64,000 nt of DNA from Candidatus Poribacteria bacterium. Lineage in GTDB: Bacteria; Poribacteria; WGA-4E; PCPOR2b. The translations under genes and the position numbers were made by a program. The notes under the pieces are model-generated. The model was not told where the DNA came from, ran no database searches, and saw only the letters and a list, made by a program, of their open reading frames with translations. Positions 46,258 to 57,339 of the stretch are shown one piece after another; position 1 is the stretch's first letter, and each line of letters begins with the position of its first letter. The stretch is from positions 5,952,001-6,016,000 of the forward strand of contig OZ220744.1 in the NCBI GenBank assembly GCA_965116925.1, in the 5' to 3' direction.

Positions 46258-47223
46258 ATGCAAGGGCAACCGTGGGATGAAATGCAGCCATACTTTCGGC
46301 TCATCACCCCTAAACGCATTATTTTGGCGATTGTTGTTTTGCTTCTTATTGCTGTATCCTTGACCAGTATGTACACTGTCGAGGCGGATGAGGTGGCTTT
46401 GGTGCTACGGTTTGGGCAATACATTGACACAACTCAACCCGGCTTGCGCTTCAAACTCCCGTTTGGGATTGACCAAGTTATCGGTGTCCCTGTCAAAAGG
46501 GTGTTCAAGGAGGAATTTGGGTTCCGCACCCTGCGCGCAGGCGTTCGCACCCAATATGATCCCAGAGACTATTCCGATGAATCACTGCTGTTGACAGGAG
46601 ACCTCAGCATCGCTGATGTTGAGTGGGTGGTTCAATATCAGATTGGTGATCCGCGAAAGTTCCTGTTTGCCATCCGCGATGCGACCCGGTCCTTACGCGA
46701 TCTCTCTGAAGCGGTGATGCGGACAGTTGTCGGAGACCGTACTGTCACGGAAGTGTTGACCGTTGGACGTATCGAAATCGCTGCCGAAGTGAAACAAAGC
46801 CTTCAAGAGTTGCTCGATCGGTACGATACCGGTTTGATCCTTGTGAACGTTACCTTGCAAGATGTGAATCCCCCGGAGACAGTGAAACCCTCTTTCAATG
46901 CTGTCAATGAGGCAAAGCAGGAGAAAGAGAGACTGATTAACGAGGCACGGAAGGACTATAACGAATCTGTCCCGAAAGCCAAGGGTGTTGCGCGGCAAAG
47001 GATCTTAGAAGCAGAGGGATACGCGCTCAAGCGTGTTAACGAAGCGAGAGGCGATGCCGATCGATTCAACGCAATCCGACGGGAGTATCGAAATGCTAAG
47101 GCGGTGACCCGTCGCAGGCTCTATCTGGAGGCTATGAATGAGGTTCTGCCGACAGTCAAAGAGATCTATATCATTGACGGTAAGTCGAATGCTCCGCTCC
47201 CGATTCTACAGCTTGACAAGTAA
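46258..47223 (+). CDS. hflK: FtsH protease modulator HflK
   Basis: SPFH domain, LLTGD, coiled coil and VTRRRLYLE. Confidence 0.93.
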   Translation: MQGQPWDEMQPYFRLITPKRIILAIVVLLLIAVSLTSMYTVEADEVALVLRFGQYIDTTQPGLRFKLPFGIDQVIGVPVKRVFKEEFGFRTLRAGVRTQYDPRDYSDESLLLTGDLSIADVEWVVQYQIGDPRKFLFAIRDATRSLRDLSEAVMRTVVGDRTVTEVLTVGRIEIAAEVKQSLQELLDRYDTGLILVNVTLQDVNPPETVKPSFNAVNEAKQEKERLINEARKDYNESVPKAKGVARQRILEAEGYALKRVNEARGDADRFNAIRREYRNAKAVTRRRLYLEAMNEVLPTVKEIYIIDGKSNAPLPILQLDK

Positions 47224-47253
47224 CAATTTTCATCTCACGAAAGGATATCCACG

Positions 47254-48228
47254 ATGAATCCCAAAGCACTAGTATCAATAATCGTTATTCTCATCATCGC
47301 TATTCCCTTAGCCTCAAATGTGTTCTACACGGTTCGTGAAGATGAACAGGTGGTGATTACTCAATTTGGCGAGGCGATCAAAACAACGAGTGAAGCGGGT
47401 CTAAAAATAAAAACACCGTTCATCCAGAAGGTCCAGCGTCTGGAAAAACGGATTCTCGAATGGGACGGTTCGCCCAACGAGATTACAACGAAGGATAAGC
47501 GATTTATCTGGCTGGATACCACTGCCCGCTGGCGCATTACAAATGCCCTTGCGTTTTACGAGAGATTCCGCGGTGGGAATCCAGAAGCACTTGCTCAATC
47601 TCGGTTAGATGACATCATTGATTCGGCTGCCCGTGATTTGGTGACGGGTCAGCTACTCGTTGAAGTTGTGCGTAACTCAGACCGTATTCTGGATCTCAAT
47701 TTGGAAGAGCTGGATCAGGATGAAGGAGGCGGTAGTGCTGAACAGCTGGAAAGCATTTCAGTGGGCAGGGATACAATTGTAAACATGATCTTTGAAAAGG
47801 CGCAACAGAGCATCCCCGAAGACTGGGGGATTGAGCTAGTTGACGTACGGATTAAACGAATTAACTATGTAGAATCTGTCCGTCGGGAGGTTTTCGCCCA
47901 AATGATTTCCGAACGAGATCGAATTGCTGCCAAGTATCGGTCAGAAGGTCAAGGTGAAGCGGCAGATATCATGGGCCAGAAACAGAAGGAGTTAGAGCGC
48001 ATCCAGTCTGAAGCATACCAGAAAGCGGAGCAGCTTAGAGGTGACGCTGACGCGCAAGCGATTCAGATTTATGCACAATCACACGGTCAAGATCCGGAGT
48101 TTTACGCGTTCCTTCAGACGCTAGAAACTTACCGTAAGACGATCAACACCAATACCAAGCTGATTTTATCAACGGATAGCGATCTCTACAACTATCTCAA
48201 GAACGCCGGGCTGACAGGGAGACGGTAG
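47254..48228 (+). CDS. hflC: FtsH protease modulator HflC
   Basis: SPFH domain, DVRIKRI, MISER and DPEFY motifs. Confidence 0.93.
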   Translation: MNPKALVSIIVILIIAIPLASNVFYTVREDEQVVITQFGEAIKTTSEAGLKIKTPFIQKVQRLEKRILEWDGSPNEITTKDKRFIWLDTTARWRITNALAFYERFRGGNPEALAQSRLDDIIDSAARDLVTGQLLVEVVRNSDRILDLNLEELDQDEGGGSAEQLESISVGRDTIVNMIFEKAQQSIPEDWGIELVDVRIKRINYVESVRREVFAQMISERDRIAAKYRSEGQGEAADIMGQKQKELERIQSEAYQKAEQLRGDADAQAIQIYAQSHGQDPEFYAFLQTLETYRKTINTNTKLILSTDSDLYNYLKNAGLTGRR

Positions 48229-48249
48229 CACTGGAAGAAATAGGTACAA

Positions 48250-49212
48250 ATGATTAAATCACTCCAGTTGTATCAAGAAAATAATAGTGGTAATTCATGT
48301 CCCGACTTGTCGGGGTTCTCGGAGCGGAACGCGACCGGTAAAAAATCGGTTCAATACTCCCCGACCCGCCGCCATCCACCATGGATTCGGGCACGGGTTC
48401 CATCGGGACCGAACTATACCGAACTCAAGCGGTTGATGCGTGACCTTGAGCTGCACACCGTTTGTGAGGAGGCGCAGTGCCCAAATATCGGTGAGTGTTG
48501 GGAAAGCCGATCGGCTACTTTTATGATCTTGGGCGATGTCTGTACGCGTCGGTGTATGTTTTGTGCGGTTACCAAAGGGAATCCGGAGGGCGTTGATTTT
48601 GATGAACCTCGTCGGCTCGGCGAGGCTGTAGGGCATCTGAGGTTGGAGCATGTGGTAATCACTTCTGTCAATCGTGACGAGCTTGCCGACGGTGGGGCGA
48701 GCATCTTTGCAGAATGTATCCATGAGTCGCGCCGGCATAGCCCCGGCTGCACCGTTGAGGTGTTAATCCCAGATCTTGAGGGGAATTGGGACGCGCTTGG
48801 CGTGATTGTCGAAGCCAAACCTGACGTTCTCAATCATAATACGGAGACGGTGCCGCGCCTCTATCGCAGGACGCGCCCCCAAGCCAAATATCAGCGCACC
48901 TTAGACCTGTTGCGCATCGGTAAAGAGATGGATGGGACGATACTGACCAAGTCGGGCTTGATGGTAGGATTAGGGGAGAGCACCGAAGAACTGTTAGAAA
49001 CGATGCAGGATATCTGTGATACAAACTGCGATCTTTTGACGATTGGACAGTACCTCTCGCCGACATCGAGGCATTTGCCGATCCAGCGATATTACACCCC
49101 GGAGGAGTTTAAAGAGTTGAAAATAGCCGGCATGGAGATGGGATTTCGGCATGTGGAATCGGGACCGCTCGTCCGGAGTTCGTATCATGCACGGGAACAG
49201 GCGCAGTTGTGA
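48250..49212 (+). CDS. lipA: Lipoyl synthase
   Basis: CEEAQCPNIGEC, CTRRCMFC and RSSY motifs. Confidence 0.97.
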   Translation: MIKSLQLYQENNSGNSCPDLSGFSERNATGKKSVQYSPTRRHPPWIRARVPSGPNYTELKRLMRDLELHTVCEEAQCPNIGECWESRSATFMILGDVCTRRCMFCAVTKGNPEGVDFDEPRRLGEAVGHLRLEHVVITSVNRDELADGGASIFAECIHESRRHSPGCTVEVLIPDLEGNWDALGVIVEAKPDVLNHNTETVPRLYRRTRPQAKYQRTLDLLRIGKEMDGTILTKSGLMVGLGESTEELLETMQDICDTNCDLLTIGQYLSPTSRHLPIQRYYTPEEFKELKIAGMEMGFRHVESGPLVRSSYHAREQAQL

Positions 49213-49270
49213 TTATCGCGGATTTAGATTGGTAATTCAGATTAGGAGTGATACGGAAAGGAAATTCACG

Positions 49271-50269
49271 ATGCCTGACCAATACAAAATTTTGATAGCC
49301 GATGCCCCGTGGTCTATAGAGCCGGAACGGGAGGTTTTCGGAGAGATAGGCGCGGAATTAATCGTTGCCGAAACAAAGACAGAGGACGAACTGCTCTCTT
49401 TAGCCCCCCAAGTTGATGGGATACTGACTGACAGGCAATCAATAACCGATGCTATCATAGCGGTGGCACAACGGTGTAAAGCCATCGCTCGCTACGGCGT
49501 CGGGTTTGATAACGTGGCATTGGAGGCGGCAACGGCTGCAGGAATCATTGTTACCAATGTCCCGGCTTACTGCATCGATGAGGTCACCGATCACGCGATG
49601 GCATTGCTGCTAGCGTGCGCTCGAAAGATTCCGCTTTTCCATAAGCACATCAATAGTTGGAATCGGGATGTGGGTCCCCCGATGCGCCGTATCCGTGGAC
49701 AGACGTTAGGTGTCATTGGGTTTGGCAGGATTGGACAGGCGATCGCACCGAAGGCGCAAGCCTTTGGGTTGGAGGTTATCGTCTTTGATCAGTATCTCAC
49801 GTCGGAAGCGGTTCAAGCGCACGGTGCGGCGAAGGTCGAACTCCCTGAACTCCTTGCAAAATCTGATTTTATTTCTGTTCATACCCCATTGACGCCTGAA
49901 ACGCAGAACTTAATCGGTGAAGCCGAACTTCGTCAGATGAAGCCCAACGCCTACCTCATCAACACCGCGCGGGGCGGTATCATTGATATAGTTGCACTCC
50001 ATAAGGCGTTGAGCGAAGGTTGGATTGCTGGGGCGGGGCAGGATGTCTTACCACAGGAACCCGCGCCCCCTGATGAGCCGCTCCTCACACTGGAAAACGT
50101 CATTTTAACGCCGCACGTTGCGTTCCTTTCGGAAGAATCAACGTACGATGCTCAGAAAACCGCAGCGTCAGAGGTTGTAAGGGTGTTGACGGGGGAGATG
50201 CCGGAATCGGTGGTGAATCCGGAGGTTCTAGACAGTTCCGTGCTTCGTACCAAAGCACTCGCGGGATAA
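49271..50269 (+). CDS. D-2-hydroxyacid dehydrogenase (CtBP/PGDH-like)
   Basis: GVGFDNV, GFGRIG, INTARG and TPHVA motifs. Start ATG 49271. Confidence 0.9.
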   Translation: MPDQYKILIADAPWSIEPEREVFGEIGAELIVAETKTEDELLSLAPQVDGILTDRQSITDAIIAVAQRCKAIARYGVGFDNVALEAATAAGIIVTNVPAYCIDEVTDHAMALLLACARKIPLFHKHINSWNRDVGPPMRRIRGQTLGVIGFGRIGQAIAPKAQAFGLEVIVFDQYLTSEAVQAHGAAKVELPELLAKSDFISVHTPLTPETQNLIGEAELRQMKPNAYLINTARGGIIDIVALHKALSEGWIAGAGQDVLPQEPAPPDEPLLTLENVILTPHVAFLSEESTYDAQKTAASEVVRVLTGEMPESVVNPEVLDSSVLRTKALAG

Positions 50270-50369
50270 TAGGAAGACGGGAAAACGAGAGAACCAGAAA
50301 ACGAGACGATGAAACGGTTATGTGTGCAGGTTACGGCATACGGAGTATGCCGACTACTAGCAACTTGGA

Positions 50370-51443
50370 TTACACTGCCTCCGCTATACCGGATGCTGCG
50401 GAACGGTAGGCTGCATCGAGCAGCTCTACGCCTCGCATAGCGGCTTCCCCCGGTGACCAATTTACATCGGTTATTCCGAGAATCAGGTCCACGAAATTGT
50501 TGGGAGGACCGTCGCACTCATAAGCACCTCCATCTGGTGCAACGTCGGCAACCTCGTCAACTCCGTTGTGCCGGCGTAACTCCATGCGAGCGCGTTCGGC
50601 ATCTAGGAGCAGCATCCCCTCGCTGCCAAAGAAGCGGATGTCTACCTGAAATGGTCGATGGGTTGGGACGGTGCCTGTACCGCTGACCGTGCCAACGGCA
50701 CCACTTGTGAAGCGGGTGGTAATTGCATCATACAGATCTACCTGCGCCCCCGGTGCGGTCATCATACTGAAGACAGTCTCTGATCGCAAACCTGATAGCC
50801 AGAACATCAACCCCGCCGAATGCGAAATTTGCCCATGCCCATAACCGCCTCCCGCGACTTGGGGATCCGCCCATGTTGCAGGATCCGGATTGAACATCGT
50901 TCCTTCAGACTGTCCGCTCACCTCCGCAACATCCATGCCTTCGCCGCTGAGCAGCCCACGGATCGGTGAAGCCATGTGGCACAGCACATACTCTATTGTG
51001 CCGATTCCGCCGTCGTCCATGAGTCGTTTGGCATGTTGGATGAACGGCTTGTGATGCCAGCCGTAAGGCACTAGTAGTTGGACGCTCTTCTCATCTGCTA
51101 ACCGCACCAATTCTCGTGCATGTTCAGCGCGAGTGGTTAGCGGTTTCTCACACATGACGTGCAAACCCTTTTCAAGCGCGGCGGAAGCGTGATCGTAGTG
51201 GAGGGTATGGGGTGAAGCCACCACCACGCCATCTAATTCGCACGTGTCAAGCAGGTCGTGATAGTCTTCGGTCGCATACGCAAACCCGAACGCCTCTTGC
51301 ACCTGTCGTAATTCTTCTCTTCCTAGACGACAGACGCCTACTAGTTCGACATCCTCGCGCCCTGCGAAAACAGGCATGTGATTGCTAGTCGCCCACCACC
51401 CTGCCCCGATGAATCCCAAGCGCGCTTTTTTCTGTCCATTCAT
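50370..51443 (-). CDS. Gfo/Idh/MocA oxidoreductase
   Basis: GFIGAGWW and CEKP motifs. Confidence 0.9.
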   Translation of the reverse strand: MNGQKKARLGFIGAGWWATSNHMPVFAGREDVELVGVCRLGREELRQVQEAFGFAYATEDYHDLLDTCELDGVVVASPHTLHYDHASAALEKGLHVMCEKPLTTRAEHARELVRLADEKSVQLLVPYGWHHKPFIQHAKRLMDDGGIGTIEYVLCHMASPIRGLLSGEGMDVAEVSGQSEGTMFNPDPATWADPQVAGGGYGHGQISHSAGLMFWLSGLRSETVFSMMTAPGAQVDLYDAITTRFTSGAVGTVSGTGTVPTHRPFQVDIRFFGSEGMLLLDAERARMELRRHNGVDEVADVAPDGGAYECDGPPNNFVDLILGITDVNWSPGEAAMRGVELLDAAYRSAASGIAEAV

Positions 51444-51477
51444 GATGTGTTCTCCATTCTAGGAAAAATATCCAACA

Positions 51478-52446
51478 TTAACGCCTAACAAGCCAGAACT
51501 CACCTTCGCTATGCGTTGCCAACGCGCCTAGCAATACAGCACCGGGGAAATCCTCCGCCATATCAATCGCCATTGTGAAGATTCGGATATCGGTTGTCGC
51601 ACGTTGCTCAATAGCCTTTAGGTCGGGAATGCCTGAAGTCAGAATACCATCGCTAAATAACACTACAATTGTGGGGGCTCTGCTGTGTGTTTCTTGTAAC
51701 GCTTCGAGCATATCTTTGTCTGAATAACGTTCGCTTTTCACAGGCTTCGCACCCTCAAGATGGGCAACGGTATCAGCGATGTTTGTATCGTTGACGGGGA
51801 GGAAGTTGGGCTGGTAAAATTGGACCTCTTCGCTGAAGGTGCAGACGTTGAATTGATCATGCGATTCGAGAAAGTCAAGCGAATCCGTCATGATGCCGAG
51901 GATTCTCCCAAGTTTTCGCGGGTTCAAGCCGATCATGCTTGACGAGAGATCGACGCAGTAGATGATTCGCTGCGGTCCCTCCTGCCTTTCGATAAATTTG
52001 ACGAGTCGGCTTTTACGACGTTCCTCCGGATCAACTTTTTTGATGGGATTTGTTATCACCCGTTCCATCTGTGGCATCGCTTGCGGCGTGACGCTGCCCG
52101 TTGACAATCCCACATTGTCGCCCAGATTCATTGGACCGAGGCTAAACTGCGTCGGCTCTGCTGCTGAAACCACCCCTCGCTCCGTGGCAGGTGCGTTACT
52201 TGTCAAAATCTTCAGTGCCGGTTGGTTGGTTTGCACATTCGCTTTTTGGCGCCGTACTTGCGGACGTTTCGGGCGATTCATCCGTTTCCGCTTAGGTTCT
52301 TCGACCTTCATCAGTACTGCGCTGATAGCGTCTTGATTCGCGATAAATTGCTCGCTGGTCCAGAAGAAAAATCCTATGACGCCAGCGATGAAATGTAAAG
52401 CGAAAGAAACAACGAAGGCTTTGCTTGATCTATACTTTGATCGCAT
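51478..52446 (-). CDS. Membrane-anchored vWA domain protein with TonB-like N-terminal anchor
   Basis: S..LH TM helix, MIDAS DLSSSM and FSDG. Confidence 0.75.
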   Translation of the reverse strand: MRSKYRSSKAFVVSFALHFIAGVIGFFFWTSEQFIANQDAISAVLMKVEEPKRKRMNRPKRPQVRRQKANVQTNQPALKILTSNAPATERGVVSAAEPTQFSLGPMNLGDNVGLSTGSVTPQAMPQMERVITNPIKKVDPEERRKSRLVKFIERQEGPQRIIYCVDLSSSMIGLNPRKLGRILGIMTDSLDFLESHDQFNVCTFSEEVQFYQPNFLPVNDTNIADTVAHLEGAKPVKSERYSDKDMLEALQETHSRAPTIVVLFSDGILTSGIPDLKAIEQRATTDIRIFTMAIDMAEDFPGAVLLGALATHSEGEFWLVRR

Positions 52447-52464
52447 TTTAAGGTGATTGTTCCT

Positions 52465-53259
52465 TTAGTTTTCTGAAGGGTGTTGGCGTTCAACGGCTTC
52501 TCGCAAACGCACCATATCCGCCTGCAATTGTTCGACTCTGGCTTCAGCGACTTCGGCTCGCGTTGTTGCTTCAGCCGCTTCAGCTCTTGCCGCTGCGGTT
52601 TCGGCTTTCGATTCCGTGAGTGTCACTAAGGGTGTGCCATCGGGTAGATAGGGGCGCATGAAACGGAGTTTGTTAGGGAGATCCTCGGTTGAAAACAATA
52701 GATTTAGGGCTTCGCTGTACAATGCCCCTCGCTCATCGGGTGGAATAGCTTCATATCCGTCTTCTCTTCGCCGCCATCCACAAAATTCGGGAGGCCGCTC
52801 CCCTTCCGGTTGATGAATGAAGTATTCGTGGATACCTATTTCCGAGAAATACCGCCTCATTTTTTCTCCCCGATCTTCTTTCGCTGTCGAATCGGATAGA
52901 AATTCAAAAACAACAGTTGGAGCCGCTCCTTCTGCCCATGTATAAAAACTTCGGCGCAGCGGTTCGGAAGGCACACCCAACACCACGAACACATCGGGAG
53001 CAACGAATTTCCGTACATCTCCCTCTTGATAGTAGACAAAGCTATCTGTGCCAACATACGCCAGCGTGTCGCCCCGACTGAAATAGTCGTTTAGTTGCTC
53101 GCTGAGAATGCTAATTTGGCGTCCATGAAATTCGGTAACTGACATCGGTTCACCATCTTCTGTAGGATAGCCCTTTAGGTAAACAGTCGGTCGACCAAAA
53201 GCCCTTGGCATTTTTGGCAAAAATTTGCGGCGTTTATCTTCAAAGGTTGTTAGATCCAT
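52465..53259 (-). CDS. Uma2-family (PD-(D/E)xK) endonuclease with coiled-coil tail
   Basis: APDVFVV, VFEFLSDST and EYF motifs. Start ATG 53259 behind AAGGAGG. Confidence 0.85.
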   Translation of the reverse strand: MDLTTFEDKRRKFLPKMPRAFGRPTVYLKGYPTEDGEPMSVTEFHGRQISILSEQLNDYFSRGDTLAYVGTDSFVYYQEGDVRKFVAPDVFVVLGVPSEPLRRSFYTWAEGAAPTVVFEFLSDSTAKEDRGEKMRRYFSEIGIHEYFIHQPEGERPPEFCGWRRREDGYEAIPPDERGALYSEALNLLFSTEDLPNKLRFMRPYLPDGTPLVTLTESKAETAAARAEAAEATTRAEVAEARVEQLQADMVRLREAVERQHPSEN

Positions 53260-53295
53260 TATACATCCCTCCTTAATCAATCACGACGCATTCCG

Positions 53296-56200
53296 TTACC
53301 GCATTGACATTTTTTTGGCATTCAGCTCCCGCCGCAGGACAACGCCCCACTGACCGACTACCCATAGCGCATCGTCGTTTGGAGCGCGGACTATAGTATA
53401 CAGGTTGTTGGATATGTCCGTATGTTCTCGTTCCCACGTCGTACCGCCATCCACTGAACGGAGAATTGTGCCGGACGCGCCAACAGCGTAGATTTCCTGC
53501 TCGGATAGCGCGAGGATGTCGTAAAGGGTTTCGGTGACACCGCTCGACAAGGCTTCCCACTTAAATCCACCCCCCGTTGTGCGGAGAATAATGCCGTAAT
53601 CGCCAGATGCCCAACCCTTCCGCTTTGTGATAAATGACACTCCGTACAGGTCATAACCGGTGTCGGTTTCGTGATGTTTCCAATATCCGCCGCCGTTGAT
53701 TGTGCGTTGGACAATGCCGCTGTGCCCAACCGCCCAACCGAGCGGCGCAAATTTCATCTCAATCCTTTCGAGGTCTTTTCCTGTGGAGGTGCGTTGGGGT
53801 GTCCAGATGGGGCCTCCGTCTTGGTTATGAATAATCTGCCCATCCCTGCCGACAGCCCAACCTTCGGAGAAACTGCCAAATGCAACATCGTTTATCTCAA
53901 AGGGTAACGGTGGATCCTCCTCAAATAACCCTGGACGCGTCGGGGTTTGTCCCGCCGACCACTTTGCACCGTTGGTAGTGTACAGCACAGTACCGTCACG
54001 CCGCATTGACCAGCCCCATCGGGTTGCGTCTTCGGAGTTTAATCCCGACACATCGGCAAAATGAACGCCAACAAGGGGCTGTCCAGTGCCAGTTTGCAGG
54101 TGGGTCCAAGTTTTCCCGCCATCCCGAGTTTCCAGCAGGATGCCGTTATCTCCGGTAATCCAACCGTGTGTGCTGTCTAGGAAGAGGATATCCCGGAAAT
54201 CATCAAGTTGCTCGCCGAGTTGCCGTTCCCATGTTTGTCCACCATTTTCAGTGTAATAGATATGTCCTGCGTCACCGACCGCCCACGCGTGTTGATCGCC
54301 GATGAAATGCACGTTTGTGATTGGCAGTCCAGATTGACGGAGACCCCGACGATGGCGGGTTGGTCTTTCTCGGTTTTCGATTTCCGTTTCTGTCTGTGCG
54401 ACCGCTGTGGCTTCAGCTTCGGATTCAATCTCGCCTTCCGGTGTAAAACGCCCAGCACGGGATCGCTGCTCTGTCATATCTCTCTGGAAGATGTCAGTGA
54501 AATTATCGTCTAGCGGATTGTCGATCGTTGGCTGTGGCTCTTGAGCGTTATCCGCTTTTGCTTCCATATCCGCCTGCTTGCTCTGGGCGATTAGTTCTGC
54601 CGCCGTCTCAAGTCCTACATAGGTCGGCAGCCAACTCTCGCCTTGATCGGTTGTTACGAGGATAGCTCCGTTACGATTGATGCCCCAAGCCCGTTGATGG
54701 TTGTGAAACTTGATTCGACGAAGTCCTTCTACCATGTCTTCCGGGAGGATTTGTTTCCACGTCACGCCGCCATCCTGTGTGATGAACGACCTACCATCCC
54801 CCCCCACAATCCAACCGGACTTCGCGTCGGCGAAATGCACTGCGGCAGCAGGCTGATGGGTCTTGTCCTGAATCTCCCAGTAGTCCCCGCTGTTGACCGT
54901 ATGCAGCACCAAGCCGCCTTCGACCCGTTGGGGGGTAATAGCCCAGCCTTCGGTGCTATTGACGAAATGGAGTGCGGTGATTGGTCGGTTCGTTGTCCCG
55001 GTTTTCTGAAGTTTCCACGTTACGCCGCCGTCCGTCGTATGGAGTGTTTGTCCCTGATCAGCACCGAGCCAACCTTCTTGCGTATTGATGAACTGCATAG
55101 CACTGATTCGCTGGAAGTTTTGCACCACCTTTTTGATGACTTGCCACGTCTGTCCGCCGTTTTCTGTCCGGAGCAGCACACCGCGTCCGGCAATCCATCC
55201 GTGATCTTCATCGACAAAAGTGACCCGTCGCAAATCTTCTTTCACACCGCTGTGTTGGGGCACCCACGTTTTGCCACCATCCGTCGTGTGTGCAATCACG
55301 CCGCCGGATCCAACCGCCCACCCGCGCAAAGTGGCTAGCTCATCCGCCGTGCGATGAAAATAGGTATCGGCGAAATCGGTCTGCCAAGTCGCCTGACGGA
55401 CGATGTCCCAATGATAGGTGACCTCCTCGACGGTCGGTTGTTCCTCGGCAACTTCGGTAGCTTCCGTCCGTTCTGCCATAGGAGGTAGTTCGGCTGGGAG
55501 CTCCTCTGCATCAACAGAGTAACGCATCGCAATTCCGCCTTTACCGACGGCAACCATCCCTTCCGGTGAAAGCGCGAATCCGTAAAGGTCGTTCTCCGTA
55601 TCGCTCTCCTGCTTCTCCCATTTCTTCCCGCCGTTGGTGGTGGTCAGGATAACGCCACCATCTCCCACAATGAGACCGTGCTTTTCATCGGCGAAGTAGA
55701 CCTTATTCAGGTTTGCCTCCGTGCCGCTGGGTTGGAATCTCCACGTTTTTCCGCCATCTTTGGTGTTCAGAATTTCTCCGAACTGTCCAGTCACCCAGCC
55801 ATTTTTGTTGTCACTAAAGTAGATCGCGTACAGTTCATTATAGGTGGGTGTCTTCTGTTGCGTCCATGTCAGTCCACCGTTGGCTGTATGGATAACAACG
55901 CCGGGCCAACCGACCGACCAGCCTTCCTTTTCGTTGAGGAAAAACACCTCCTTAAGCATGTGAAATTCGCCCGGTGTCTGCTGCACCCATGTTTCACCGC
56001 CGTCAGCGGTATGCAAGACTGTCCCAAGATCGCCAACGACCCAACCTTTCTTTGGGCTGACGAAGTAGGTGCCCCGGAGCGAGTACCACCACCCGCTTTT
56101 TTGGGTTTCCCAACTTTGTCCGCCATCGGAGGTGTGGACAATCATGCCACGATCGCCGACCGCCCAACCCTCTAGATCGGAGACAAAATAGAGGCTTCGG

Positions 56201-57339
56201 ATGTGGTCCCAGATGTCCGTCTGAACCTCAGTCCACGTTTGCCCGCCATCTTGGCTCATGGCGATGGTGCCTTTTTCACCGACAGCGATTGCCCTGTTTC
56301 CATCCGCAAACTGTATCTCCTCAAGGTTATTGGCGGTGGTGCCGCTGGCTATCGTCCACGTCTCCCCACCGTCCTCTGAGTGCATGATCGTGCCTTGCCA
56401 ACCGACCGCCCACGCCTCGTCTGGAGTGGTGAACTGAACCCCGGTCAGATTATTTTCGGTGCCGCTCTCTAGCAATCGCCAGTTGTCTCCTCCGTCCTCT
56501 GTGAATGTGATGAAACCGATGTCAGCGACCGCTACGCCGCGTTTATTATCTGTGAAATGGATACTGTTGACGGTATCTCGAACATGGCCGTTGATCAGTG
56601 GGATACGGCTATCCTGCTTCGTCCATTCGGCACCCCCATTTGTTGTGTGGAAGATCGAGCCGTCAGTCCCGACAAGCCAGCCCTCGTTTTTGCTGATGAA
56701 GAAGACCCGCTTGTTATCGTTGATCATCCGGTCCCGTTCTCCTTCATAGCGATTACTCTGCTGCCTCCACGTTTTGCCACCATCCTCTGTGAGGAAAATC
56801 CGATCGTTTGCACCGACAGTCCAACCACGACGCTTAGTAACAAACCAGACACCGCTGAGCGGAAATTCGCTGATGTATTCATACCGTTCCCACGTTTTGC
56901 CGCCGTTCTTGGTGTAGAGCACATCGGCATCCTCTCCAACGATCCACCCCTCATCGGAATTTGCAAAGTGGACATCCCGGAGCGTTGCCAAAGTGCCGCT
57001 GTCTTGGAGATGCCAGCGACGTCCGTCATCGGTGGTAGCGATTAAACCCCTATCGCCAACCGCCCAGCCGTAGCGAGTATTGGTGAAATAGACCGCCTTA
57101 AAATCGCCTTCCGTTCCAACTTCTTGGCGTTCCCACGTCTTTCCGCCATCCTTTGTATGGACGATCATTCCCTTTTCGCCGACGATCCATCCACGTTCGG
57201 CATCTGCGAAATGTAGATCTGTGAAATTGACTTCCCAATCCGCTTTGCGGGTCACGTCTTGCCTACAGCCGATGAGTAATATTATGAGTGCAAGCGCAAA
57301 TGTCATGGCTCGAAATATATGTTGATATGTCCGTTTCAT
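53296..57339 (-). CDS. Giant YCF48/BNR-repeat beta-propeller lipoprotein
   Basis: Lipobox LLIGC and more than 20 F.....GW.VG..G.I..T.DGG.TW repeats, separated by two acidic linkers. Confidence 0.9.
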   Translation of the reverse strand: MKRTYQHIFRAMTFALALIILLIGCRQDVTRKADWEVNFTDLHFADAERGWIVGEKGMIVHTKDGGKTWERQEVGTEGDFKAVYFTNTRYGWAVGDRGLIATTDDGRRWHLQDSGTLATLRDVHFANSDEGWIVGEDADVLYTKNGGKTWERYEYISEFPLSGVWFVTKRRGWTVGANDRIFLTEDGGKTWRQQSNRYEGERDRMINDNKRVFFISKNEGWLVGTDGSIFHTTNGGAEWTKQDSRIPLINGHVRDTVNSIHFTDNKRGVAVADIGFITFTEDGGDNWRLLESGTENNLTGVQFTTPDEAWAVGWQGTIMHSEDGGETWTIASGTTANNLEEIQFADGNRAIAVGEKGTIAMSQDGGQTWTEVQTDIWDHIRSLYFVSDLEGWAVGDRGMIVHTSDGGQSWETQKSGWWYSLRGTYFVSPKKGWVVGDLGTVLHTADGGETWVQQTPGEFHMLKEVFFLNEKEGWSVGWPGVVIHTANGGLTWTQQKTPTYNELYAIYFSDNKNGWVTGQFGEILNTKDGGKTWRFQPSGTEANLNKVYFADEKHGLIVGDGGVILTTTNGGKKWEKQESDTENDLYGFALSPEGMVAVGKGGIAMRYSVDAEELPAELPPMAERTEATEVAEEQPTVEEVTYHWDIVRQATWQTDFADTYFHRTADELATLRGWAVGSGGVIAHTTDGGKTWVPQHSGVKEDLRRVTFVDEDHGWIAGRGVLLRTENGGQTWQVIKKVVQNFQRISAMQFINTQEGWLGADQGQTLHTTDGGVTWKLQKTGTTNRPITALHFVNSTEGWAITPQRVEGGLVLHTVNSGDYWEIQDKTHQPAAAVHFADAKSGWIVGGDGRSFITQDGGVTWKQILPEDMVEGLRRIKFHNHQRAWGINRNGAILVTTDQGESWLPTYVGLETAAELIAQSKQADMEAKADNAQEPQPTIDNPLDDNFTDIFQRDMTEQRSRAGRFTPEGEIESEAEATAVAQTETEIENRERPTRHRRGLRQSGLPITNVHFIGDQHAWAVGDAGHIYYTENGGQTWERQLGEQLDDFRDILFLDSTHGWITGDNGILLETRDGGKTWTHLQTGTGQPLVGVHFADVSGLNSEDATRWGWSMRRDGTVLYTTNGAKWSAGQTPTRPGLFEEDPPLPFEINDVAFGSFSEGWAVGRDGQIIHNQDGGPIWTPQRTSTGKDLERIEMKFAPLGWAVGHSGIVQRTINGGGYWKHHETDTGYDLYGVSFITKRKGWASGDYGIILRTTGGGFKWEALSSGVTETLYDILALSEQEIYAVGASGTILRSVDGGTTWEREHTDISNNLYTIVRAPNDDALWVVGQWGVVLRRELNAKKMSMR

